A stretch of DNA of 64,000 nucleotides from Trichosphaerium sp. ATCC 40318. Taxonomy: Eukaryota; Protista; Tubulinea. The notes under the pieces were generated by a model that saw nothing but the letters and a program-made list of their open reading frames with translations, ran no database searches and was not told where the DNA came from. Shown in pieces: positions 50,465 through 63,744 of this stretch; position 1 is the first letter of the stretch; each line of letters starts with the position of its first letter. The stretch spans positions 1 to 64,000 of the forward strand of contig JALMLS010000042.1 of the NCBI GenBank assembly GCA_038496445.1, written 5' to 3'. Made by a program: the position numbers and the translations under genes.

Positions 50465-51019
50465 AACAAATTTTTTAGTTGTGATAACATGTTGACTATT
50501 TACTGCACCACATGATAGTTGATAGCGTAGACAAGAAATCACACAAAAAGTGTCTATCTCAATAAGTTTTTCGTTACAGTAATTGATACTAGATAGTAAA
50601 TTACGAAAAAATTAAGAAAATCAAAGAATCGTGCAATGAAATTGCTTGAAGAAAACTGGTGGCACAACAAGTAATTCTTGTTTATTGATAATTGCTACCC
50701 CTCTACATTATTGTCGTGGCCAAATCACTGCAAAACCTCCAGTTGGCTCGCTAACAGAAGCTCCTGACTTCAATTCAATGCGACTTTTGCTACACTTATC
50801 GCCAAATCCAGATGAAACTCGAACCAGCTCGTTGTATAGCTTGTCTTTGTGTTGTACTACACGTGTTAATTCTCTTTGCTTACTTTTTAAGGAGCTTTCA
50901 GTTGTAGTTATCTTATTTTTAGAGCAGGTATGTGAATTAACAACGAGCGCAATTAATTTCTCATGAGTAGCAGCTGTACGTTTCGATTCATGCCTTGCCA
51001 ACTGATTTTTTAAATAATA

Positions 51020-52000
51020 AAGTGTCTTAAGTGATCAAAGTCGATGACTTAATTTGTGGTTAATAAAGGTACATACTATGTTTATCAAGTCCTACCATAG
51101 AAGCAACACAGGCTGATACCCCAGATCAATATAGCCTATCAGGATAAACGACCAGAAACTCCAAATCAACAATTCACTTTAAAGCAGTTCATCCACTTCG
51201 GGATTATCTACAATTCCTTTCCTCCAGAATATGTTGTAATTCATTTGCTTCTAGGTGATTGTACTATTTTCATTGGCTGCCAGGGCTGCTAGACTTATAT
51301 GCGCTGACATGAAGACAGCAATAAGAACCACGAAAACGATACGAAAAATGGATTAAAGCCAACTGTTACAATATGCATTGGAGGCTGTGGAGGTTGTAAA
51401 ATCTTAAACATAAGGCTATTAAAACACGCCTAAATTCACATTAACATCAATGCGTATATATTGGACTATGTCAAATCTCACAGCCATATAAGAACAAACT
51501 TTCAAATGGATTTCGACAAGTTGCAAAATGAAAACAAAAACAACTGTTTCTACCAGGCTATAATATTCTTTGTGTGTACCACATGTGCTCTTTTGAACAT
51601 TCAGTTTTAATCGCAAAACCCTAGCTTGGTTTTGGTGCTGTTTTATTGTATGACACAACGATGCGCTACCAATGATTCTTCTTTGTTTTTTTTCCATTGT
51701 CGTACTTTTTGACTTTTTGACAAACAGTCTTAGGGATAACATTATTAAACACTACTAAAGCTACATCAGTTTCTACTCCACAAAATTGCTAGTGAGAAGT
51801 AGGTGATAGAGTTGTTGGCTCTATGAGAATAAAATGAGAACACTACTTTTCCAAGAAATGCAACAAAGAGCAACATCTTCTGGGCTTTGATATTTATGAG
51901 TAGTAGTGTGAGCTATTAGCTACAGTATAATCCAAACTATGCAAATGGCACGTTTCTTTGTCACCAAAGATACAGCCTGTTGTTAAAATAATATTATTAT
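51020..52000 (-). pseudogene. Possible decayed membrane-protein gene
   Basis: One frame gives hydrophobic protein-like text (IFRIVFVVLIAVFMSAH..IFWRKGIVDNPEVDELL..LLIWSFWSFILIG) broken by several TAA/TAG codons. Boundaries are approximate. Confidence 0.25.
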
Positions 52001-52416
52001 GTGTAAGCTTTGTTGTTTTTTTTATCTTAATAGCCGCTATGATAGGCTTTTCGCATTACTACGCACCCAACTAACATAGGCTACAATACATTTTGGGACT
52101 CTTCATGGCGATTTCTAACGTTTTGCTAAAGTCAACGTGCACAATTTCGCGAAACGAATTGAGTTCAGAGAATGCCGTTAACGCCCTCAACGATTAACCG
52201 CGGAAGCAACAATTATAGAACGTGCAAATATCTTTGTGCATTGCTAGAATGTCAAAATGACTACGTCTGTAGGTTAAACTTTAGATGTAGCTTTCTTTGC
52301 TACCATTTGCCCAAACTTTTGTAAAAACATTCGCCTTCACTATCTAACACCGGCTGCACAAATACAACATTGTTACAGGAATGCTTAATTTAGTATTTTT
52401 TTCATATTTTCAGAAT

Positions 52417-53641
52417 CTACATTTTTTTCACGCACACCTCCTTTATACGTTCTGCCAGTATTATAGAAACACGATCATAGAATTCAGTAGTTGCATGAAT
52501 ACCATCTACAGTATTTTCATACTGCGATAACTTATAAAAATCGAAAAAGATGTCTACCATTTTCTGGAAATTTTTCGTAATAATATCGTTGTATTGTTTT
52601 GTCTCTTTCAATGTAATATATCTTTCCTTTAACTCATTTCCACTCTTTGATGATTCTGTATGAATAATTGTTGATACTACAATACAAGATGACCTATTAT
52701 TATTAATAAGAATCTTCTATTAATAGAAAGCGAAGCAAAAACGCAGTTTTTTGGTCAGTGCAACAGAAAATAGCTTACTCGCAGTTTCTAGTTTTTATAA
52801 CATTGGATAACCTCTCTACATCATGCCCGTATTTGAGACTATGATGAACATGAAGCATATCCCTATATAGACATGAGAAAATGTGAAACAGAAGCGAAAA
52901 TAAAGACAAATGTTATTAAAATTTTAAAGTCTAAAAATAAGGTACCAAAGGCCTCCTGGCATTACAAAAATAACTTGAGGTGTATCATCACAATTTGAAT
53001 GCCTTTAAAACTTAAGTTAAACTCATGGCCTCGTGTTGCAGGGAAGGGTTTTTTTTTATGTCTTTACCAAACTGACGCTGCCGATATGTTCTCTACTTAA
53101 CGCGTTAATAAAATGTTAAGCGTAAAAACAACCTTTCAAGTCCATCACGTGGTTTAAAAAAATCCAAAAATACATACGCGCTAAGAGCTTGTATTAGCAA
53201 CATACCTGCAAAGGGAAGCCATAAAAAACGAATATCTTTATCTTCTACAGTGTATTGATTGTCTTCGTGGTGTCCCATGTCGTAGATACGCTTTCCTAAG
53301 TTCAAATTACACAAAATTAAGAAACAAGGCAAAGCGCCACCGCTCACCAGTGAGGTCCTCGATAATCGCTCTAAATATATTCCGCGCCTATTCACGCAAC
53401 GTTAAGAGTAAAAGATAGCAACGTAGAGTAATTGAGTTAATTTATTCCGCCCTTCACGTGCCTGAGAGTCACCTATAAATGCGATAGATTTAAACCCTTC
53501 AAGTGTTTCTTTCAAATAAGAACGGTGTTTTGATACTAATACACGGACTGTACTGCCACTAGGGATTGAAATAAAGATTAAAAACGCCAAGAGAGATAAC
53601 CCCACTATCAAATATAAAATGCGACGGTGTTCAGGTGTCAT
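52417..53641 (-). CDS. PC-esterase/SGNH-like (GDS...DxxH) O-acetyltransferase or esterase, type II membrane protein
   Basis: N-terminal TM helix, IAFIGDSQARE, C-terminal VDGIH. Confidence 0.7.
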
Positions 53642-54675
53642 AGAAACCAAAGAATAACAAAATTACAATGTCTTTTTGGGTTTTTTTGTGTACAAATTAC
53701 GTTGTACTGCTTTTGAGTAAAGTCTTTATCTCTTCGCTGTTGCATTCTATACCTCATAGACAGTTTTTTTGTAGCACAAGGGGTGTAGCACTTTGTACGA
53801 CTGACCCAATTCGAAAAACACGTACTTCCTAGCCTGATAGTTCATGAGAAACAAAAGTCTGCGGACATGGTGGCTTTGGTAGGTACAAAACAGACCTTAG
53901 GCTTTCCGAACACCCCTGACAACATGCGCACAGGACAACAAGCACTTGCAGAAACAAAGGATCCGCTCCTGCTGCATCACATTTCCCGATTCACTTTTAG
54001 ACTTTCCAAATCACGAAAACAAGACCCGTAAAGTTGGTAGCGTGATACACCATTTCTAGCTGTTGACGTTAGTGATGTTGCTATGATAGGATATGTTACG
54101 GTACGACTCCAAGTCAAGAAATACGAATACATTGCGAAGTTGAACCATTTGACTGATTCTACAAAACCTTCCCGGTGCTCGTCTATGTTGTCTTAGCGCT
54201 TCAGTAACATGTGCAACCACTTTCAGCCAAGAACAAGCCTGAAAACAGCTTCTATATTGCCTATTTTGTATCACCACAAAACTGGCCACACATACGTTCA
54301 TCAATTTCGTTGTAAACAACTGTCCGCGTGTAGAGAATAATTCCGTTGTTCGAATTCTGAAAACCAAAATAGCAATCGATCAGGTCCAATTGCAAGGTTT
54401 ATGTGGTGTAGACGCCTACGCAGCAAGTATAGTCTTGAAAGCGTATTTAAGTTAGTCCGCCCTTTGTATTTAGAAAACAGTTCAACGCGTTCTATTCCTT
54501 TAAATTAACGTTAAAAACAGCAGACGTATAAAGAGAGAATACAACGAGTTGGTTTCTGGTTTTCAGAACTAGCTTGTTGTGGTTTATTTACAAAAATCTA
54601 CAATCGTTCGTCTAAAACGAACATATACAGTCTGTGGTATCAAAATAGAATACAAAATGTCAGAATACTAAAGTG

Positions 54676-55548
54676 CTAAAGCTGCGTAAAAGCGGTAGGT
54701 CCAGTTCTCAATAGGACCTTTGGAGAAAACGCCTTACCAGGCGAGTGAACTATCGTATTTGCTCGATGAGCACATTGTTGTTGAGACAAAAGATTGTTGG
54801 TTGAGGTTGGTCTAGGTTGTACATGTCGTTGAGAGAGAGACACCAGCTTAGTTCTCGTTGTTGCGCTGCGTGCTAGAGCTTGATTGTTTTTAAAAGCACG
54901 TCGTTCCTTAGCGCGTCTGTTTTGAAACCATACTTGTACACGCCTCACTTCCATGCCTAGCTCGATCGCCAATTTTAGTTTTAGTTGTTTGCCTGGCAGT
55001 TTTTGAGAATTGTAAACTGCTTCAAGTCTTTGTAGTTGATGTTTATCTACGCGTAAACGGCTTTTCTTCTTGCTAATACGACAATCTTCAAATGTGATCG
55101 TTGCATACTTTTGAGGCTTTCTTACACCTCGAAAAACAGAAGATTGCTCAGACTGACCTACAAACCTCATTCGTGATCTAGGTGCTTGTATTTTGAAGGG
55201 TTGCGAAGTCTCCACTGTTGGCGGTTGATTGTAAATTTGTTTTAGCTTATTTGGGTACCTAGTAATAATAACGTTAGCGTCTATATAAGGTGCATATTGG
55301 TAGTTCTAATAGCGTATAAAAGAGAAAGCTTGCACAACTAGCGTAAAAAGTGCTAAATTGCACAGTTGTTCATCTAGTGTCCAGCGTGTAATTCCTTACG
55401 CCTAGAAGTATCGAACGTACGTTGTTCCGGACCCCGGATATGTTTTACAACCGTTCATCGTATCATTAGCGCTTGTTGTAGCATGACGTTGTGTAGTTGC
55501 TGCGTTGAAAGATCTATTGTCTGAGCAAAGGATGTGTTTAATGTCCAT
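54676..55548 (-). CDS. Homeodomain transcription factor (2 exons: 55548-55421, 55258-54676)
   Basis: QLQRLEAVYNSQKLP..LAIELGMEVRRVQVWFQNRRAKERR. The upstream exon MDIKHILC... joins in phase 2 via a GTACGT donor and a CTAAC..TAG acceptor. Confidence 0.9.
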
Positions 55549-56303
55549 TTGTTGTTTGTATTGAAAAAACGAAAAGGAATAAAAAAAATCAATAACTTCC
55601 TTATTCGTTTCCTATTCCTTATCATAGTTTAAAGTACTACTATCATAGTTTGTATACTCCTAGTAGTATCAATAATGTATTTATAGAGTCAATACAAATG
55701 CAATTCATGTATAATTACAGAACGGGTCATCTAGAAAAACCCGTAATGATAATTTTAAACTCTTTTGGATATAATAAAACAAAAATATCTAGGACACTTA
55801 TTTATAAGACAACATTGTTGTATTACTAAAAAAGTAGATCACACTATCTTTACGCTATATCTCACGTCCTAATCAGGCAATAGTCATACACACAAAGTCT
55901 GAAACGCTCGTACAAGGGTCGCTAATGTCCAGAGAACGTATACTGATACTATAACTTAATCTACGTGTTTATTTAAATTAAAACCCGCAACTTTCGGCCG
56001 CGGTGATACCAGAATATTAAGTTACAACTTTTTCATGCGTTTCATGCGTCATTGAATATAATACGTATAGCTAGATCATGTTTATAACAGGTTCGGAAAA
56101 TACTCCATTTAAATAGGGCGTAGTGGCCGCTTTTTGTGAGTTGTTTTCACGACTTATTACTACCAACAAACTGACGCTGTTTTCTTTATCCGTAGGCCAA
56201 AATGATGAAAATTACACCAAGGGATATGACAATAGGTACTATTTATCATCTCTTTATTTTTGTAAAGTATTTTCAGTCAGTTGAAAACCGACGTGTTTTT
56301 CGT

Positions 56304-58784
56304 CTAAACAGAAGGCGCAGACGGCCTTGTAATCGTCTCTTTTTTGTTTGGTACGCTAGGTACAACATTGCAAGCACATTTTTGTGTCTTAGCAACATTA
56401 CTGGACAACAAGAATCCGCGTTGTACTAATGGTGATTTTGTCAACCCTCTGGGCGTTGTAGCTTCATCATCACAACTTTCTGTGTACCACTTGTTCTTCA
56501 TCAATAATCTTGGACTTGTTGAATACCTATCAGCCACATCACTGGCTCCCGTTAGACCAGTAACAAATGCTTTGGGAATGAATCCTAAACGATTTTTCAG
56601 CAACTCATTTTCACGACCAAGCAATCCAAAATTAGAAAAAAGGTATGGCGTCATTTGTTTCACTAACCTATTCGCCCATTTAGTGATACTTGGAGCCACT
56701 CAGTGTCAACCTCTGCTACAAGTGTCATCTTGTCTCCTTGGCTAAAACTAACCTCCTGAAGTGCCTTGTAAGAACCGAAAAAAAGTCTTTTTTGCTAGCG
56801 TCGGGTTTCTAAAATCCCGAATTTCTTCTAAAAAACTTGAAAATTGTACTTCAAGTTGCAGAAAACGAAGAGCCCGTTCTCACGTACTGCGTCATCCTTT
56901 TCTTTGTAATTATACAATGCAGTTAATATACATGCTGTACCGCTCTTTGTACGGTGGCTATTAGCAAATATTGTGGGTCCACCTTAAAAAAGAAGTTAGA
57001 AGAGAATAATTTCCCTTTTGAGAACAAAAGTTCTGAACAACTTTCTAGCTACTAAATCGTTTTTAAGGATACATTGTTTATGTGTTGTTTGAAAAGGAAA
57101 GGTAGGGTTTTGGGTAGCAGTCTTTTTTTTCTCAACAAAAAAATGCAAGAATTTCCGCGTTACTACTTCAAACTGCTTTTAATGTTCTTTATCAATTTGT
57201 ACCTCTAGGCTGAGAGCCTTGGCTTTCGCTACGTTTGTGCGCTCTTTTTTTCTTGCCTTTCGCCAGTTTTCTGCTTGCTGAGTGCAAAGATACCTCAGTA
57301 GACGAGGATTTCTTTGTTTTGTGATTCTTCTTTAATGAAAGTGAACTTTGATACTTCTTTTGATTAACACAATCATCTGGTACTTTCTCATAGCAAAACT
57401 TATGTGCTGCAAAGTTACACTCTTACTACGGGTAAGAGATATAGTGTAAAGAAGAAAGAAAATCGACAAACGTTTTTGGTTAAAATGTCATTTTTTTTTT
57501 TTTTCGAAATTGCCTTTTAGGGCACGTACGTTTGCATTTATAACCTACAAATAAGCGTTACTACCACTGAATTTTTTTTCTTAACGATTTGGGTAATTTA
57601 TGACAAAAAAGAAAAAAATCGATTATTATCACACTGCGTGCCTTGTTTATTTGTAACTCCCCATATAAATGATGTACATAAGTTACACCATCTAGGTTGC
57701 TTGAAATACACGAGTCTAATTGAGTTTAAGCTTCCAAAAACAAAAAAAAAGGAAAAACTGATACTCCGAATTTTGTTATGACGCGTACGCAAAATTATGT
57801 GCACTACGAGGTTGTATTGTATCTGCAGCATATATAATACACTTCTCTAATGACTGTACCCATAGCTCAGCTTCGGATAAATTATCTGCAGGAATGTTAT
57901 TACGAATAAAAAGTTAACATGAATAAACCAAAAAGAAAGTTCGAAAGAGATTTGACTGTGGTTTCCCTCGCACGTTTTTTTTGTTTAGCTAACACATAAA
58001 TTATTTTCATAAAACTAAAAGGGAGAAGGAAGGATCGTACAAGAATTTTCTTAAAGCCTTTAATTACTTAATAATTCCAAAAGAAGAAATATGAAATACG
58101 TTTTAAGCAAACATCAAAATACAAGCTGCATGGTACTCCTGAGGTTGTTCAATGTTGTAAACACGATATAAACAACCACATTGTTAGTTTGACGCAACTT
58201 GTACCCAGACCAAAGACGCTGAGTGCGTTTAAAAGATTTCGTATGTTTTTTTGCTGTATGCCGTTTTTGAGGTTAAAAAGCGAATAAACAAGCGCACGTA
58301 CGACCATAGAGTGATATTGAAGAGAATTTACCACTTGGATGACGCATAAACACTATAAAGTTGTTTATTTGCTTTCCTGGCTTTATATAGCGGAAATATT
58401 GCGTCTGGAACGTTGCTACAAGTTTCTTTGTTGTGTCAATTGTTGTTTTCTCTTTCGCCTTGTCTTTTTCTTTCTAGTACTTTGCGTCAGTATTAACTGT
58501 CAAGGCTGTTGTTTGTGTCAAATAAAATCGTTACGGCACCAAAACCGACGCCTGTTAGCACTTCTATTTAAACCAAACCAACACTGTACGGTGTTTACGA
58601 GAGTACTAGCTACGAATAGTGTATAAAGCACAAATTTGCGTACCTTCTCGCTGTAGAAAGCGAACGTTGACTGCGTCAACGTAAAGTAGTAAGGGCGTAT
58701 AGTGACGTGAGTTCTAGATTTACTAATCTTAGTCTCTTCTAACTCTAGTACTCCCTCTTTGATTACTTGTTCAAGGGACGTCAT
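56304..58784 (-). CDS. PH-C1-SH3 signalling adaptor, multi-exon
   Basis: PH (VIKEGVL..YYFTLTQSTFAFY..EAELWVQSL), C1 (HNFALVYFKQPRWCNLCTSFIWG..CNFAAHKFCYEKVPDDC), SH3 (ALYNY..EVSFSQGDKM..EWLQVSLNGRIGFIPKAFV). Confidence 0.75.
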
Positions 58785-59796
58785 TATACCAGCACGAAGA
58801 CTATTATCTTCGAATACATTCACAATTTGCCTGTTGAGGCGTACGTTAGTTCGCTATGATCATAGAGCGTGCTGTGTACTATCTGTACAAATTTTTTTTT
58901 TTGGATTAATTTGTGCGGTCTTGTAACGTCATGATATTTACATCTATCTTCACTCCACGCGTTCTGCAGCGTCGCTAGTTGTGGATTTAAATAATTGAGA
59001 GCGTTTAATACAAAAAGCAATACTAAGTGTTCTATTCTAACGTATTAGATGCGTTAGGTCTTCACTACACTGAGTTTCCAACGCGAGTAGGTTTGGCTGG
59101 CGTTTTCACTAAATTATTGACGTTTTGGCGTTGCATTTCCGTTTTTAGAGCGGTTTTTCACACAGCTAAACTAGCAATGAAGCCTCAATTACGCTAAAAA
59201 GTGCTTTTCATGTGTAATTGTATCATTGTCACGTTCTGAAAACGTTCTCATGAGAAAACTGTTTGGTACGCAAAACCTTTACAGTACTCAATTACGTTTA
59301 GGGTTGAATTCAATTTGTTTCAGGGCTTTGGACGCGCTTCTATACTTTATGCGCTTTTATTGGCACAAATTTTGAAATGAGGCTTGTTTTTAGTATGTTC
59401 CACGCGTAGGCAGATCGTTTTGGTCACTTTTGAAACTACATGCTGAGAAAAGTCATCTCAACATGCTGAAAATGCTCAAGGGAGCTTTTATACTCGAATT
59501 CAGTACGTTTTGAGCCTTTGGTTGCGATTAAGGAGGTAGAATTCTTGTTTAGTTGTGCACATTAGCTGTTAAACGCCGTAACCCTTTCAAGACGTTACTG
59601 CACTGCTATCTATAACGGCACACAAAAATACTATTCTTAGTTGTGCGTAGGTTATCTTCTTTCACAAGGCTATCTGTCTAGATAACAATCAAGCAGCGTG
59701 AACAAATCCAAAACCCGAAAATAGCTATTATTTTCTCCTGAACTCGTGTTTCGTTTGAAAACCATTTACCACTAGAAACCAACTCCTAAGAATCAA

Positions 59797-61106
59797 ATGG
59801 CACAAACAAACACAAATATACTTTATTGCGGCGGTGATGACGACTATCGTGGCATCTTTTCTGCTTTTGAGTTAAGTTGAGATAAATACGAGTTGTAGTT
59901 GATAGAAGTACCTCTAATAGGTAGTAAAAGAAGGTCAAGACGTCAAAATAACAGAAAAAGCAAGATTTGATGACTATAAGCACCAAGGCGCACCAAGGTT
60001 TTGCGTTCAAGAAACAAGTGACGGAAAAAAATATCTCGTTCATGGCAACCAAGATCTTCATATTGGTGATCTCTCCAATCCACTCGTATCCCCTTTTTCG
60101 GTAGTAGGAGAACCTGTAACAGGTCATGCAAAGGAACTTAAATCAATGTAAGCCAAAAGAAGAACGTTACATTTGCAACTTGCACTTTTTTTTTTGTTTT
60201 TTTGAGAAATACATGTCGCTCACTTTTGTTTATCAGGTGTCGCTTGACGAATACTTCGTTTACTACAGCATGTAAATCTAACGAATTAAAAGTATGGCAG
60301 TTCATACAAGGGAAAGAGGGTGAATTACCTACGATTAAGTGCGTGCAAACTATGTCACTACAAGATGAACTAGAAGACGAAGAACCAGAAGTATTATCAG
60401 ATATGATGAAATTGTTACTAAGCAGGAACTGTACAGTATCGATTATGGCATTGAATGATAACTGCTTTGCAACAATTAAGAAAACGGGTGAGTACGCATT
60501 GGCATGGAGCAAGAATAAAGAAGGAAAGTATGTAAATACAGATAGAATCCTGAAGCATAAAGACGAACCAAAAAGTATGTGTACCTTCGAGATTAAGGAC
60601 AAGACATACTTGATCACGTGTGCCAACCGTATTTACGTTACAGAATACGTTAAGGGCGCAGGTGGTACTACAACCTTTAATGTACAAGAAGAGGTAAAAA
60701 TCGCACGTGGAATACTATGTATTGAAGCTTTTGTTACAACCGATGGAAAAGAAACAAATGTACATGCGGTTGCTGGTGATTCTCTTGGAAATATTATTGT
60801 ATTGAGAGCGCTTGTTAAGGAGTCTGAACGTGCGTATACTGACCATTGCTTTCAATAAGTTAACTTCGTATAGCTCTTTGCTTTGAGATTGTTTCTAAGA
60901 CCGAAAAAGCACACAAATACAAAATAACAACATTGAAGATTATTCGTGACAGTGAGAATCCATTAAATTCAGTTGTTATAACTGGCGGATATGATGAGAA
61001 GATCAGGGCTTGGAAATCTGTTTTCACTGGTGAACCAAGTCTCATTCAAATGATAGGTATTAATGACGACTTTCAGATTGAACAGCTTGATGTTCTACGT
61101 CCTTGA
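59797..61106 (+). CDS. WD40-repeat protein; 5' end uncertain
   Basis: GHAKELKSM|CRL..TACKSNELKVW, AVAGDSLGNIIV, VITGGYDEKIRAW. Confidence 0.7.
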
Positions 61107-61407
61107 TTTCAAAATTTTGTTGACTGTTAAATAAACATCAACAATATTGCCATAATACAATCGCAGTGAGAACCATGTACAGTGAGCTTTGCATAATAAG
61201 CAACCCTGTTAATACCTGTAGCGGTGTTTTTCTATTGGGTGATAGAGCCAAAAAATCTAATGACAATTTGTGATTACAATTTTGTTTGAAGATCTGTCCT
61301 CGTACAGAAGATACTTAATTGGCATTGATTATCGCCTGAAGGCGCAACGTCTTCGTTCAGTGACTTTCACTAAGGCAACATTAGTGTTAAACCAGTGTTT
61401 TGTAACA

Positions 61408-62699
61408 ATGTCTTCTGGAATTATCACGTGTCTTTTAATCGCCTCCATGGTGTTTGTAATGTCTCAAAAATGTCAAAAGATAATAGCACCAGGTTATTGG
61501 TACCCAGGGAGTCAATGGAACAAAACAGTAGCTGGTACAATAAACAATCATTCATCAACTGCTTCTCAACGCTTTTTAGAGTCAGGAGTAGCTAATACGC
61601 TCGTTATGAACCCTAACAGCGGTCCTGGCACTACAAAGGTACAAACGACATCAAAACCGTTGTTATTTATCTAGAAATTACTCTTCAGGACAGCGTATAC
61701 GCTGCGTATGTTAAATACGCGCAAAGTAATGGTGTAGCGGTTATTGGTTATGTACACACGAGGTACAAGTGTTACTCAGAATTTTCCGTTCTTTTTTTTG
61801 CTAAAGACATATCAAAGCTACGGACAAAGAGCTTCTGCAACTGTTCTAAACGAGGTTGACATTTATTATGAATGGTCAGTTTTTTTGGTTGGTTTAGTTT
61901 GTAAGTTTTAATCACTTGACTTTCCCAAGGTATGATGTCGATGGTATATTCTTTGATGAAGTATCTAATTTGGCTTCAGAGCTCACTTACTATAAAACAA
62001 TTTACGACCACGTGAAATCGAAGACAGGCAAAAAGATTTTTAAATAAACTGTGCTAACAGTTTTAATCATTTAGGTCAGCGAACTGTTGTTATTAATCCA
62101 GGAACAATCCCTGATGCTGGTACTGTTCCTTTTTCGTTCAAGGTTAATTTCACGACTACCAACAACAGTATTCCCATCGACTCTGCCACGTTTGGATACT
62201 TGTTGTTTTTTGATTGTCTCAGCTTTTCTTTTTGTGCTAGGTTGATTTTTTTTGATTGTTAACAAACTTTTAAGGATACGCTAATGTTAGTGATGTTGCA
62301 TGTATTTTCGAAAGTTCATGTGCACAATATCAAAACTATGTACCACAAACATGGACTTTAAATGAAGATAGCAAAAAAGTAAGCACAACAACAGTTTTTG
62401 TTGCCAACTTCTTTTTTGTTGTTTGAAACTACAAAATTCGACGACACTTTGTACAACACGTCACAAGTCTATTGATTTGTTTTGAATCTCTGTAGTAATC
62501 ACACTTTTTTCTTATACTATAGTAGCTCTATCATATAGTGTATGATTGTACACAAGAAGAACTAACAAACGTACTTACACTTTCAAAAAAGTATAATATT
62601 GGCAATGTCTACATAACTCAACTGACACTACCTAATCCTTACTCTTCCCTACCTTCATACTGGACGACTGAAGCGAACTTAATAAAATCAGAGTGCTAG
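61408..62699 (+). CDS. Spherulin-4 / GH135-family secreted glycoside hydrolase
   Basis: Signal peptide, PGYWYP, VMNPNSGPG, GYVHTSYGQR, VDGIFFDEV, VINPGT, LPNPYS.LPSYW. Confidence 0.88.
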
Positions 62700-62793
62700 T
62701 AACAAACATTTAACAAGCAAAAGAAGGAAATACATCAACGAAGTTGTCTAATCTTTGTTCTTTATTGTACTTTTTTTCACTGAAGAAAACCGT

Positions 62794-63744
62794 TTACTTT
62801 TGTTCATCTTCTATTTTCGTTCTTTTCCCACCTGCATCAGCGTCAGATGACTTACGTTTTCCACTGTTACCTTTTATTTCATCTCCTGGAGTGTCTTTAG
62901 CACATTTCTTATCTCCAATCTGAAAGGACAAATCCTTTATGTAAGCAGTAACTGGCTTAACAATAAGAGACTCATTAAGTTTCTTTAACGTTTCAGGTGT
63001 AATCCCAGATCCATCAATAAGCATCCATTCTTCTTTCAACTCGGGGTAAACAGTGGAAGTACCTTTAACAAGGTTCTTTGCCTTATCATTATTGCCTGAC
63101 CCGTCGTCCTTTGGAACAAAATTTGGCTTGATTGTTACAGAATTTACTGATGATCCGTTCACACATCCTTGAAAATAATCGTGTCCTCTTGTTTTCTTAG
63201 CATCTCCAAAGTCAATACCAAGTATTTTTCCTACTTCTTTAGATACTTGATTCAGGGTTGAAGAAGTTTCAATCACGTGTAGATCTTCAGGTTGAAGTAC
63301 TAGCATGCCCAAGTACTCTGCAAATGTCGGTGCAATTTGTTGATTGAGTTCGAGTTCAAGGTCAATGAAGCAAACGCTTGGGCACGTGGGTGTTGTTCTG
63401 TAGTCGAAACAAAAGTAGTAATGGCATCCATCACCATCGAAGGGTATAACATTGTCAAGAGAGAACTCCACCTCGGCATCTTCAAAACAATTGTCACTAA
63501 AAAGTGCGTTGCCTTGCTCAGCGATTCCATAGATTTGTTCAACTAAACCGCCTCCCGGTGCATCTTCTGGTAGGTTGAAGCGTATATAACCTCCGTTTTG
63601 TTGTTTTAGCAGTTGTTTGTACTCCTCAGGCAGTTTGTAACCAATTTTCTTTTCAGCTTTGTCTATCGCTTCTTGAGTTATCGGAGAAAGAACCCCTTGC
63701 ATATATATAGGCGCAGACCATATTCTTGATTTAATTGTTGCCAT
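62794..63744 (-). CDS. Intronless SMI1/KNR4 (SUKH) domain protein with a basic C-terminal tail
   Basis: ITQEAIDKAEKKIGYKLPEEYKQLLKQQNGG..IPFDGDG..FCFDYR..IAPTFAEYL. Confidence 0.88.
   Translation of the reverse strand: MATIKSRIWSAPIYMQGVLSPITQEAIDKAEKKIGYKLPEEYKQLLKQQNGGYIRFNLPEDAPGGGLVEQIYGIAEQGNALFSDNCFEDAEVEFSLDNVIPFDGDGCHYYFCFDYRTTPTCPSVCFIDLELELNQQIAPTFAEYLGMLVLQPEDLHVIETSSTLNQVSKEVGKILGIDFGDAKKTRGHDYFQGCVNGSSVNSVTIKPNFVPKDDGSGNNDKAKNLVKGTSTVYPELKEEWMLIDGSGITPETLKKLNESLIVKPVTAYIKDLSFQIGDKKCAKDTPGDEIKGNSGKRKSSDADAGGKRTKIEDEQK

Noticed and set aside
50435-50517. Reading the T-arm plus upstream sequence as one ordinary, intron-containing or suppressor (TTA) tRNA
   Set aside because: The acceptor stem pairs poorly and U33 is missing. 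The downstream 5' part pairs fully, so the permuted model is far better.
51020-51420. In-frame TAA/TAG suggesting a reassigned genetic code
   Set aside because: Conserved genes here terminate at TAA, TAG and TGA and have no internal stops once spliced; decay or non-coding DNA is simpler.
56089-56135. GGTTCG followed by GGCGTAGTGG, a possible second permuted tRNA
   Set aside because: No T-stem, acceptor stem or anticodon arm can be formed.
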